DNA of 64,000 bases, taken from the NCBI GenBank assembly GCA_965248575.1, contig CBDFJQ010000002.1, forward strand, positions 2,688,001-2,752,000, read 5' to 3'. This DNA is from Planctomycetota bacterium (GTDB taxonomy: Bacteria > Planctomycetota > B15-G4). The notes below the pieces were generated by a model. It saw only the letters and a program-made list of their open reading frames with translations. It was not told where the DNA came from and ran no database searches. Shown in pieces: positions 30,101-37,876 of the stretch (its first letter is position 1; every line of letters begins with the position of its first letter). Made by a program: the position numbers and the translations under genes.

Positions 30101-31970
30101 GCCGATCGTCGTGGGAGCGCAGCGCATTCAACACCTGCCAGACCACCTTGAAGCGCTTGTTGTCGGCGAGCGCATCCTCGGGAGACACGCCAGCCGGAAT
30201 TCCGATGGGGAGGATTACGTAGCCCATGCTCTTGCCGGACGCCTTTCGCATCACCCGTCCCACCGCCTGGATGACGTCGACCATCGAGTTGCGAGGTTCG
30301 AGGAAGATAATCGACTCGAGTGCCGGTACATCGACACCCTCGGTGAGGCAACGCGCGTTCGTGAGGATCCTACAGCGCTGCTCCTCGGAGTCGGCCTCAA
30401 GCCACGCGATCAGCTCTTCGCGCTGGAGTGCGTTGAACGACCCATCCACGTGCTCCACCTCAGCGTGAAACGACTGCTCGCTGTAGTGGGCGTAGCGCTC
30501 CGCCACCTCAGAGAAAAGGGTCTTGAATTTCTTTGATTGGGCGATCGTGTTGGAGAACGCCACTGCAGTCTTCATAGGGAGCGAGTCCACCCCCGAGAAG
30601 GGCGAGCCGGCAGCGTTTCGCCTGGAGAGCGCATTGAGGCAACCGACGATGCGCGTGGCGTCATCGAGCTTCAGCTCGTGATTCTCATCGGAGAGCTGCT
30701 GCTGAAAGGCCGCGGCGACGGCGGCCTCGTCAACCGCCAGGATCAGCACTTTGTAGTCGGACAGGAGGTTCTGGTCGACCGCTTGCCGGAAGCCCAGGCG
30801 GTACAGCTCTGAACCGTAGATCGTCTCGTCGTCCATTGACGCCAACACGGCGTCCGCCACGGTGGCTTTTGCCTTCGACGTATCCGCGTAGACTCGCGGC
30901 GTGGCCGTCATGTAGAGTCGCTTCTTCGCATCGATGTAGGTGTTGTCGTGGATGCGAGTGAAGTGCGAGTCTTCCTCGTCCGCGAGGGTCACGCCTGTCG
31001 TGCGATGGGCCTCGTCGCAGATCACCAGGTCAAAAGCCCCGACTCCTTCGGCCTGGGCGGCTGAGATTACAGCCGTAGACTGGTACGTCGAAAACACGAC
31101 GCGCATCTGGTCTGGCGTCGCTAGGCCCCAGTGCGCAAAGAGCATTTGCGGATCGGTGGTCGCCGGGAGCAGCAGGTCATTTGGTGAGAGGTCCTCCGCC
31201 TTACGCCGTCTACCAGCCTTGGAATCGGAGCACACTGCGAACGGGAGCAGTGGGACCGTCGTATCCGCGGCCCACTCCTTGAGCGTCTGGGACAGGAGGG
31301 AGATCGAGGGCAGCAGAACAAGCACGCTCCCCCCCGCACCGGCGAGTTCCTCGGCGATGCGAAGGCCTGCGTAGGTCTTCCCCGTGCCGCAGGCCATCAC
31401 GAGTTTGCCCCGGTCGGTCGCGGCGAGGCCCTCCAGGACCTTGCCGATCGCCAGCTGCTGGTGCGGCCGAGGTGTCTTGCGAGGCTTGCGCGCCAGCTTC
31501 TCGGATTCGGGGTCCCATTGTGACCAATCGATGCTCGCTCCTTCGAGGTCAGCAACCCCCACCCGGACCGTCGGCTTGTCTTGCCCTTTACAGGCCTTTC
31601 GCAGATTGGAGGTCCAGAGATTCGTGGTGGCGATGATCATCCGCTCTGAAAATGGCTGTTTGCCTGATCGCGTGAAGAAGGTGCCCAAGTCCTTCATGTC
31701 GAGGGATGTCGTCGACTGGTAGCACTTGCACTGCACCGCTGTATGGCCAGAACCGTCTCGATGCTCCGCCACTAGGTCGATCCCCGTGTCCCCCTCGCCC
31801 TGGCGTCCAGGCCAGTCGTTCCACATCCAAACGTTCGAGAACTTCGCGAGCCACATCGGTTCGGTTCGGAGATACGCGAGCATCAGGCGCTCGAAACGAT
31901 CTCCCAACTCCCGTTCGTTCTTTGAGACCTCTCTGAACTGATCGAGCAAGTCTTGCAAGGTGACTGTCAT
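27126..31970 (-). CDS. Type ISP restriction-modification enzyme (Mrr-like nuclease, SF2 helicase, N6-adenine MTase, TRD)
   Basis: GIDLV...QCK; MACGTGKT, DEAH, TATP, QAVGRVMR; DPFTGTG, GNPPY; LlaGI/LlaBIII-type domain order. Start 31970 or 32009. Confidence 0.93.
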   Translation of the reverse strand: MTVTLQDLLDQFREVSKNERELGDRFERLMLAYLRTEPMWLAKFSNVWMWNDWPGRQGEGDTGIDLVAEHRDGSGHTAVQCKCYQSTTSLDMKDLGTFFTRSGKQPFSERMIIATTNLWTSNLRKACKGQDKPTVRVGVADLEGASIDWSQWDPESEKLARKPRKTPRPHQQLAIGKVLEGLAATDRGKLVMACGTGKTYAGLRIAEELAGAGGSVLVLLPSISLLSQTLKEWAADTTVPLLPFAVCSDSKAGRRRKAEDLSPNDLLLPATTDPQMLFAHWGLATPDQMRVVFSTYQSTAVISAAQAEGVGAFDLVICDEAHRTTGVTLADEEDSHFTRIHDNTYIDAKKRLYMTATPRVYADTSKAKATVADAVLASMDDETIYGSELYRLGFRQAVDQNLLSDYKVLILAVDEAAVAAAFQQQLSDENHELKLDDATRIVGCLNALSRRNAAGSPFSGVDSLPMKTAVAFSNTIAQSKKFKTLFSEVAERYAHYSEQSFHAEVEHVDGSFNALQREELIAWLEADSEEQRCRILTNARCLTEGVDVPALESIIFLEPRNSMVDVIQAVGRVMRKASGKSMGYVILPIGIPAGVSPEDALADNKRFKVVWQVLNALRSHDDRLNAVVNKLDLNDETPEMIDVQIVGMDPPEDDRVAERSEDSSRQLSLQFPVDELRRAIYAQLVKKVGTRHYWEDWAHDIAEISARHETRLRALLDDEDQELCEVFDEFVTGLRSNLNDSISRGDAIGMLSQHLITRPVFEALFEGYDFVGSNPVSCSMQKMLDRLDRHALDKETETLDRFYADVKLRAEGIDNAAGKQRIITELYERFFSKALPKTADALGIVYTPVEIVDFILRATDDALQRHLGVGLSDDGVHVLDPFTGTGTFIVRLLQSDLIQRHDLARKYASEIHANEILLLAYYIAAINIESTYHQLTAGSGEGPHQAFPGIVYTDTFHLTEEGPGQSKFEVFPVNNRRAAKQQQLEIRVIVGNPPYSVGQASANDNVANVEYPKLDARIGATYATRSTATLKNSLYDSYVRAFRWASDRVLAHTDGGVVAFVSNGGYLDGNTADGLRLTLASEFHQLYIFNLRGNQRTAGEQSRKEGGKVFGSGSRATVAILIAVKEPGTVPDDGAVIHYRDIGDYLTREEKLTALATATWEPSPLDAVQWQRIHPNSHGDWLHQRSERFYEYAPMHDSEDPRSIFNLRTGGLKTNRDAWNYNYSRSILEANTEQMVAFFNTEVDRFAAMAPDDSSNANAGAVRRFANLDPKQFSWIRSDFQRLARGQKITVSMDSIRDSVYRPFQRQYANMSPKLNDAAGQLPKIYPAVNSRTLTIAVAGMAGSNPFTCFMTDRVPDTVLTGAGNAIQVFPIANYEPSEDEDGQAMLAMGGKSDGWRSSISAAALEAYGSLDAAITGEDIFFHIYGILHSPDYREAFVADLKKSLPRIPQVETQREFWAFSKAGRVLAGLHVGYEDVEPWPDLEIRTAESFDPKAPDAYRVEKMRYPKISDSATSKKTDDKSTIIYNSQITVAEIPLRAHEYRLGSRSAIDWILNQYQVKTHKDSGIVNDPNNWATDHDDPTYIFDLLRRVVTVSMQTLDVVNSLPPLDLAKPV

Positions 31971-32313
31971 GGACTTCGGCTTGTCATGGGGAAACGTTGG
32001 CGCAGCCATCGCGACTTGGTATCCAGAGATACCTGGGTTCCGCGCCAGCTTGGGACGAACTCAAGCCGTATTCAACTGGAGGGAACCACACTGGGCAGAA
32101 CGTGCGCCTGGCCACCGAACGTTCCAGAGAGTCCTTGTGCCTGCCCCGCTGCTTGCTCTCGACGCCTGGAAGGCTGGAATCGCACGACAACCGACATCGG
32201 TGCCCAACTGTTCAGCGGCACGTTGCATCCATCGGTCCTTTGAGCTGCCTATGGTGGGAGTGACCTTCCCCCAGTTCAGTGGACACCTGGTTAAGCCGCG
32301 TCAAAAAGGACGG

Positions 32314-32505
32314 TTGAAACGGCGAACAGCGATCACGGGTGCCATCGACTCCGGGACGAGCCCGCTGGATGCCAAGGACTGCGGTGGATACACCAAGATC
32401 ACCACGACGGCCCTCTATGTCGAGTCGATCAAGAACCGGAGCGTTCTCGCGAACCACACAAAACGTCACGTCAACCACAATCTGCCGCACGAGGACGCCG
32501 CGTGA
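32314..32505 (+). pseudogene. Possible C-terminal remnant of a second tyrosine recombinase
   Basis: LKRRTAITGAIDSG...GGYTKITTTALY resembles the HxLRxT...GHxxIxTTxxY box with both His lost. Confidence 0.45.
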
Positions 32506-33269
32506 TTCCGTCTAAGGAACAGAAGGTCTACCTGAACAACATAGCCACACGTTCGTTCCGTGATGTGGCCGACCAAGACTACATCGTGGCGCGGCTGTGC
32601 TACCGATCTGGGCTGATGCTCCAGTTCTTGTGGATGGCGCAGCAGGCAATCGAGAAGTACCTCAAGGCAATCCTGCTCTACAACGCACACAGCACGAAGG
32701 GTCTCAGCCACAACCTCGAAATGGCACTGCTTCGAGTCGAGTCGATCAAGCGCATCGAACTTACCCTCTCGGACAAGTCGAGAGCGTTCCTTGCCTACGT
32801 GGACGCGCACGGCCCCAACCGCTACCTGGAGCAAACGCACTACACACATGGCTTGGAGCTTCCCAAGCTGGACAAGCTCGTGTGGGAACTGCGTCTCTAT
32901 TGTCGCGTCATCGACTACGAGCTGAAGGGCTCCGGAAACCTGCTACACCTTGAGTTGAACGAAATCCGTCAATGGCAAGGATCGGACGAGAAGCACAAAT
33001 TCAATCGATGCCACGGCTTCCTTGAGAAGGTGCTCAAAAAGCCAGAGGACCCGCGACGCGAGCCTCTCATCTGGCAGAATCTCTACTTTGGGAAGCGACG
33101 TCGAAGCAGCATCAAGATCCCGAATCACTCGAATTCGATAAACCCAACGCACATTCTTCACCCTGAACACTTCGAGTTGTTCGATCAATTCGTTCAGTTC
33201 CCAAGACACGTCCGCAACCGATTCGTACAAGAGAAGGCAAAGGATTCAAAGAAGCCGCGTGGGAAGTAG
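32502..33269 (+). CDS. HEPN-domain protein
   Basis: ADQDYIVAR...QQAIEKYLKAIL...HNL...RYLEQTH (Rx5H). Confidence 0.8.
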   Translation: MIPSKEQKVYLNNIATRSFRDVADQDYIVARLCYRSGLMLQFLWMAQQAIEKYLKAILLYNAHSTKGLSHNLEMALLRVESIKRIELTLSDKSRAFLAYVDAHGPNRYLEQTHYTHGLELPKLDKLVWELRLYCRVIDYELKGSGNLLHLELNEIRQWQGSDEKHKFNRCHGFLEKVLKKPEDPRREPLIWQNLYFGKRRRSSIKIPNHSNSINPTHILHPEHFELFDQFVQFPRHVRNRFVQEKAKDSKKPRGK

Positions 33270-33332
33270 GAGTGATAGCCGTCGGACTACCGGTCAGCGA
33301 ACGGGAAGTGCGCAGGGCCGTCTTGCCTGCAC

Positions 33333-33965
33333 TCACGTCCAGCTCGCAATCTTCACGTCCTCAATACGGCGACCTTTGTTCTCAAGGCAGAGCCAGAAAT
33401 CTCTCGGTTCAGCGCCGTATTCAAGGATCACCTGTACCCGATAGGTGCCAGTTGGCAGCCGCCACTTGGGCACCTTGTAGTCGCCCTTCTGGTAACTCAG
33501 GCCGGAAGCGACGTAGGCAGCGTCTTCGCCCTCCCACTTCACCAGAAGTGGAATTGTTTCGGGCCAGTGCGCATGCACGTCCCGCGCCCGTCCCGTAACC
33601 CATACGGCCGGCTGGAACTGGCCGTTCTGCCGAGGCTCCGCGCTCGAACTCCATCGTGCCTCAATCCACTCGTCTATGAACGGCGATCCGTCCGGGTTCA
33701 GGACACGAAACCGCGCTCGAGTTGCAAAGGCTGGTGAACGGGTCAGATTGATGTAATCCGCGCTGACGTTCCGGACCTCTAGGTTGAACCAAGCGAAATT
33801 GTTCGGGTGACGCGCAGGCGTCGCAACCGGTTCGACCACCAACTTCGGAACGTGGAGTCGCTGCCATACCGTCGCGGCTAGGATCGAAACGCCAAGACCC
33901 AAGAAGGCGCCCACGACTAGGTTCGGCACATCCAAGAGCGCCTGTGCATTCTCCGCTGACATCAT
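33333..33965 (-). CDS. Hypothetical protein with an N-terminal transmembrane helix
   Basis: LVVGAFLGLGVSILAATVW followed by a beta-rich domain. Confidence 0.65.
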   Translation of the reverse strand: MMSAENAQALLDVPNLVVGAFLGLGVSILAATVWQRLHVPKLVVEPVATPARHPNNFAWFNLEVRNVSADYINLTRSPAFATRARFRVLNPDGSPFIDEWIEARWSSSAEPRQNGQFQPAVWVTGRARDVHAHWPETIPLLVKWEGEDAAYVASGLSYQKGDYKVPKWRLPTGTYRVQVILEYGAEPRDFWLCLENKGRRIEDVKIASWT

Positions 33966-33977
33966 GGTCCCAGCCTA

Positions 33978-34211
33978 CTAGTTCCGACCAGATCGGCTGA
34001 TGGGTGGATCTCGGTTGTCCCTGGCCGCCCGCACGATCGCCGCGATGCCCACACGGACAGCTGCGGAGAGGTCCTCCCAAGCCGCCATCACGGCCGCCAA
34101 CTCCGGGTCTACCTGACGGCCGGACTGCTCCCCACTGCTGGGGCTACTGCTGGGGCCGCCAGCCCCGCCTCCACAAGCTACGTCCGTGCCACCACTTACA
34201 CCGCGGGCCTC
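33978..34211 (-). other. Start-less coding segment: integrase C-terminal tail of the excised circle
   Basis: Open in the same att register as int: EARGVSGG...VDPELAAVMAAWEDLSAAVRVGIAAIVRAARDNRDPPISRSGRN, TAG at 33978-33980. Confidence 0.65.
34135..34155. repeat. Putative integrase arm-type sites, CTGCTGGGG x2
   Basis: Copies at 34135 and 34147, inside the element and about 55 bp from the right att core. Confidence 0.7.
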
Positions 34212-34268
34212 CAGCTTCCCAAGCTGGTTGTCGCCGGTTCGAATCCGGTCACCCGCTCCAGTGCGCTG
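34211..34268 (+). repeat. att repeat 3 (right junction): anticodon arm to CCA of tRNA-Gly(CCC)
   Basis: CCAGC-TTCCCAA-GCTGG, GGTTCGAATCC, CACCCGCTCCA; D-arm and 5' acceptor strand absent. Confidence 0.92.
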
Positions 34269-34331
34269 GGCTGATCATCTCTTGGAAGCGAGCGCGCGCA
34301 CCCGGGCAGGTGCGCCGAGCGCGCCCCTCGC

Positions 34332-35366
34332 CTACGGCCCCATCAACGAGTTCCAGTAGCTGTAGTCATCCAGGCCGCTCGCCTCCCAGGTCAGGCGGTC
34401 GAGGGCCGTGGGCGGGCCGTCGAAGAAGCCGTCGTTGTCGAAGTCCACCAGGAACACCCGCTTCTCATAGATGGGGTGGTCGTCCAACCGCCAAAGCCGA
34501 CCCACCTGGGAGTGGTCGAACTTCTTCATGTGGTTCATCTCGGCCAACTCCGGCACGGCGTTGGAATCGGAGAGCACCACGGGCGTCGCGTTGACCACGT
34601 TGTCGAAGGAGTAGAGCGTCGCCGTGCCCATGCCGTCGTCCAGCAGGGCCAGCACGAAGCGCGCCTCGGCATCGAACTCGAAGGCCCTGATCTCCGGTGC
34701 CAGGGGCCCGCGGTAGATCTCGGCGATGCGGAAAGCCTTGTTGATGAACACGGGTGGAATGGGACCACCGCCGATGGGAATCGGCGCCAGCTGGAATTTC
34801 AGCGCCTTCAACTTCCAACGCTGGATGACCAGGTCACCCGTTGTCGGATCGAAGCCGGCGAAAGCGAAGACGTCCTTCTTGGCACACGCCAGGCGCATCA
34901 CGTCGAAGGAGGCCGTCTTGCTGTAGGTCTTGCTGAGCCAGCCCCCTTGGCCATCGGGGATCTCCTCCCGGATGTCGATGTCCCGGAACTCCTCAGCGAA
35001 GAGCGTCTGGCGCAGCGTCGCGCTTCGCCAGACGGGCATCCCCGGCTCCATGTAGCCGTGCCCGTCCCGCTCCGAGGCGCCGGACGCCGCAGCAACACCG
35101 CCGTGATCATGACCGACACCGTCCGATGCCTGATCCGATTCCTGTTCAGCGCCGACCAGCTCTTGGTCGGAGCCGAGTTGGTTCAGCGCGTCGTCGTCAG
35201 ACATCGTGGATTCCTCATGTGCAGAGGCGGGTGCAGAGGCCTGAGCCAGCCCACCAGAGCTCGACGACGAGCTCAGCCCATCGCCGTTCTCTGCGCAGCC
35301 GCTGGCAAACCCCCAGGCCCCCAGGAGCAGTAGGGCGCCCGTCCAAACTGTGTTTGTTGCGTTCAT
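34332..35366 (-). CDS. Hypothetical lipoprotein
   Basis: LLLLGAWGFASGC lipobox, Ser/acidic linker, globular C-terminal part. Confidence 0.75.
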   Translation of the reverse strand: MNATNTVWTGALLLLGAWGFASGCAENGDGLSSSSSSGGLAQASAPASAHEESTMSDDDALNQLGSDQELVGAEQESDQASDGVGHDHGGVAAASGASERDGHGYMEPGMPVWRSATLRQTLFAEEFRDIDIREEIPDGQGGWLSKTYSKTASFDVMRLACAKKDVFAFAGFDPTTGDLVIQRWKLKALKFQLAPIPIGGGPIPPVFINKAFRIAEIYRGPLAPEIRAFEFDAEARFVLALLDDGMGTATLYSFDNVVNATPVVLSDSNAVPELAEMNHMKKFDHSQVGRLWRLDDHPIYEKRVFLVDFDNDGFFDGPPTALDRLTWEASGLDDYSYWNSLMGP

Positions 35367-35406
35367 GTTCGTCTCTTTCGCTCGAGGTCGAGTGGCCGAA
35401 GCGCGT

Positions 35407-36249
35407 TCAGCACTCTTCCGGGCAGGAGTTCATGCAATCGGGGATCACCTTGTTGTCCGGATAGGCGTCCTGCGCTGTGCCATCGCAGCCTCCTGGGGGC
35501 GAGCCCATGGTCGGGCAGTTGGCATAGCCAGGGCCGGGGTCCCACGGGTCCGGACAATTGCAACCGAAGGCCGTGTTGGCATTCTCCTCCGTGTTCCAGC
35601 GGTCCTGCATCTTGTCGTAGGAGTCAGAGAGCGACTTGCAGTAGTCCTTGAGATTCCCTCGTTCGAGGCCCGGGATGGGGTCGCCGTTGTCGTCCGTCAG
35701 CCCCTCGCACTCTTCGTCAGCACAACACTCGCCCACCGCGCCGATCTCATCGCACACCTGCATGGCCGAGTTGACTGCATAGTTGATGTCGTTGCAGTCG
35801 GGAGGTGTGGGGCTCGCTGCGGGGGGCTTGGTCAAGTCAAAGAGTGGCCCCGCGCCCACACCCTTGTCCGAGTGAGGCGGACACAGGAAGTGCAGCATCT
35901 CGTGGGCGAGGGTTGGGAAAATCGCACCGAGGAACTCGGGAGTACACAGGTTCGCCCCGCCACCGTACTGGCCGCCGAAGCCTTCGGGCCAGAGGTTCAC
36001 ATTGGGTCCCGGGTTCTGGGGGTTGGCCCCCACCGCGGCCCCCTTGTACGTACCGATCACCCACTTGCCGTCCTTGTACATCCAACGCTGGATGGTGCCG
36101 GCCTGCAGGTTGATCATGTACCCGGGCCCTGCGCCGATGTTCCCGGCAATGTCATTGAGCAACTGATCGAGACAGGCGTTGCTCTGGGCTTTCGTCGCCT
36201 GCCCCAAGGCCACGAACAGGGTGGCCACCACCAAGACTGCGCGGATCAT
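35407..36249 (-). CDS. Secreted Cys-rich protein with HExxH motif
   Basis: Signal peptide, GGAGGAG RBS, TLAHEMLH, many Cys in the C-terminal half. Confidence 0.75.
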   Translation of the reverse strand: MIRAVLVVATLFVALGQATKAQSNACLDQLLNDIAGNIGAGPGYMINLQAGTIQRWMYKDGKWVIGTYKGAAVGANPQNPGPNVNLWPEGFGGQYGGGANLCTPEFLGAIFPTLAHEMLHFLCPPHSDKGVGAGPLFDLTKPPAASPTPPDCNDINYAVNSAMQVCDEIGAVGECCADEECEGLTDDNGDPIPGLERGNLKDYCKSLSDSYDKMQDRWNTEENANTAFGCNCPDPWDPGPGYANCPTMGSPPGGCDGTAQDAYPDNKVIPDCMNSCPEEC

Positions 36250-36429
36250 TCGCAAGGCTCTCCTCCTCCAAACGGACCGGTTGGTTGCTGAGCGGGCGAT
36301 TCCCCCTTGGATTCGCCCCGAAAGGGGAAGCGTGCGTTCTCCCCCTCAGCGGACAAGAAAATCGGGCCGCCCGAATCCGTGCCAGCACCGATAGACGAGC
36401 GCTGGACTACCCCGCCCACAGCGCCCCCT

Positions 36430-37701
36430 CTACCCCTCCTCGTGCTCACACGTGAACACCGCCACCGTCGGGATCGGCGGGTAGCGCATGGTGAACCGAT
36501 ATCCGCAGAAGCCGCTGCCCTCCCAGCCCGCGCGTTCGAAGGCCGAGTGCAGCATCTCGCCGTAGCGCGGCACATCGGCTGACGCCATGGTCCCCAGCCC
36601 ACGGCCCAACTCGTGCACCGACTCGAAGACCGGCAGGCGTTGGTCGTCGTCGTCCGCCAGCGAACGACCGCCCCCGTCCAGCTGGGCGTAGAGGGCGATG
36701 CCCGGGTCGTGCGCCCAGGGCAGATCTTCACTCACGATGAGGTCGAGCTGCAGACGCTCCACGGGTGTCAGCAGCGCGGCGCCGATGCGAAACAGGCGGT
36801 CGTCTTCGGGGCCCGGCGCGGGCAAGGCCCCGCGGTTGAGTTCACCGAAGACATGGGTGCTGGCGTTGGTGTTGCCCACGGGGCCCGCGGGCAAGATGTA
36901 ACGGCTGACGTTGGCGGACGTCTGTTCCACCAAGTCGGGAGCGCCCGGCGAACAGAACTCCCGGAGGAGAGGCAACTCCTCGGAGCCCAGTTGTGGGTCG
37001 AGGGCCTCCGTGCGAAAGGGCGGCAGGCCGCTGCCGTCGTCGAGGCGACGCGTGCGCCGGAAAAGGGTCCAGCGGGCATCGCCGCGCAGCCGCCGGAGGT
37101 CCACCAGCCCCTTGAGCCCCACCACATCCAAATGGGTGGTCCGTTCCGTGGAGGGCTGCAGGATGGTCGTGCTGAACTGCACTCGCGCCTGCACGCCCCA
37201 GGTCCCGCCCATGCCCAGGTAGGCTTGGCGGCGCCCGGCCTCGAGGCGCTCTGCCGCGCGCGGTTCGCTCATCGAGGCGGTGAGCTGGTCGAGGGTCTGC
37301 CGGTCGCCGGTGTGGGCGGCGACCATGCTGTCGTAGGCGGCCATGGCTTCGCGCAGCGCAGTGGCCGGCCCCTCTCCCGCACCCGCCTTGCGCAGCGCGG
37401 TGATGAAGGCGCCCAGGGCATCGGGCCCGGGCACATGCGGAACGGCGTCGGCGGGCTCCCGCGCGGCCACGACCTTGGACACACGCCAGGCCAGACTCTT
37501 GCTGATGCCCAGCTCGCGCGCCATGGGCCGCGGCCGATGGGCGTCCGCACCAACGGCAGCCAGGGCCTCCGTAAAGGCAGCCCTCAGCCGATGGAAGGCC
37601 TCTCGAAGATGCTGCTCAAAGGGCTGGGTGGCGGGGGAGCTGGGCAGGGGCACGAGAGTGATTCGGCGAGGGAAGGGGGGCTGCTGTTGAGTCTGCAGCA
37701 T
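36430..37701 (-). CDS. Putative regulator: N-terminal HTH plus unknown C-terminal domain
   Basis: PRPMARELGISKSLAWRVSK is HTH-like; divergent from a secreted-protein gene; start uncertain (37654-37746). Confidence 0.65.
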   Translation of the reverse strand: MLQTQQQPPFPRRITLVPLPSSPATQPFEQHLREAFHRLRAAFTEALAAVGADAHRPRPMARELGISKSLAWRVSKVVAAREPADAVPHVPGPDALGAFITALRKAGAGEGPATALREAMAAYDSMVAAHTGDRQTLDQLTASMSEPRAAERLEAGRRQAYLGMGGTWGVQARVQFSTTILQPSTERTTHLDVVGLKGLVDLRRLRGDARWTLFRRTRRLDDGSGLPPFRTEALDPQLGSEELPLLREFCSPGAPDLVEQTSANVSRYILPAGPVGNTNASTHVFGELNRGALPAPGPEDDRLFRIGAALLTPVERLQLDLIVSEDLPWAHDPGIALYAQLDGGGRSLADDDDQRLPVFESVHELGRGLGTMASADVPRYGEMLHSAFERAGWEGSGFCGYRFTMRYPPIPTVAVFTCEHEEG

Positions 37702-37731
37702 CCCAGCCCACCTGGGAAGCGTCCAGGTAAA

Positions 37732-37745
37732 TGTCCCATGGGACA
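37732..37745. promoter_or_regulatory. Perfect 14-bp palindrome, candidate operator
   Basis: TGTCCCATGGGACA in the divergent intergenic region. Confidence 0.45.
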
Positions 37746-37876
37746 CTTGCCGGATTTCGAATCCCCGTCTAGGATCGCCCTTCCGTCGCTGGGCCCACTC
37801 TTAATAGAGGCAGCCTGCTGACGGTCCCAGGCCACCCGTGGGCCTACACCCCATCAGCCGGAGCGCTGCACCCATC

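Larger units (their letters stand above)
21973..34265. mobile_element. 12.3-kb tRNA-Gly-targeting integrative element (satellite-like gene set) with defence cargo
   Basis: Bounded by direct att repeats; int, HTH, xis, primase-helicase, DUF1580 HTH; no capsid, tail or conjugation genes; cargo is visibly more AT-rich than the flanks. Confidence 0.9.

Noticed and set aside
34190..34260. Intact tRNA-Gly gene (also considered at 21950-22021 and 17620-17682)
   Set aside because: No D-arm or correctly spaced 5' acceptor strand; these are att-type 3' fragments.
17649..34268. CRISPR array
   Set aside because: The repeats are kilobases apart and tRNA-derived; no cas genes or regular spacers were seen in the window.
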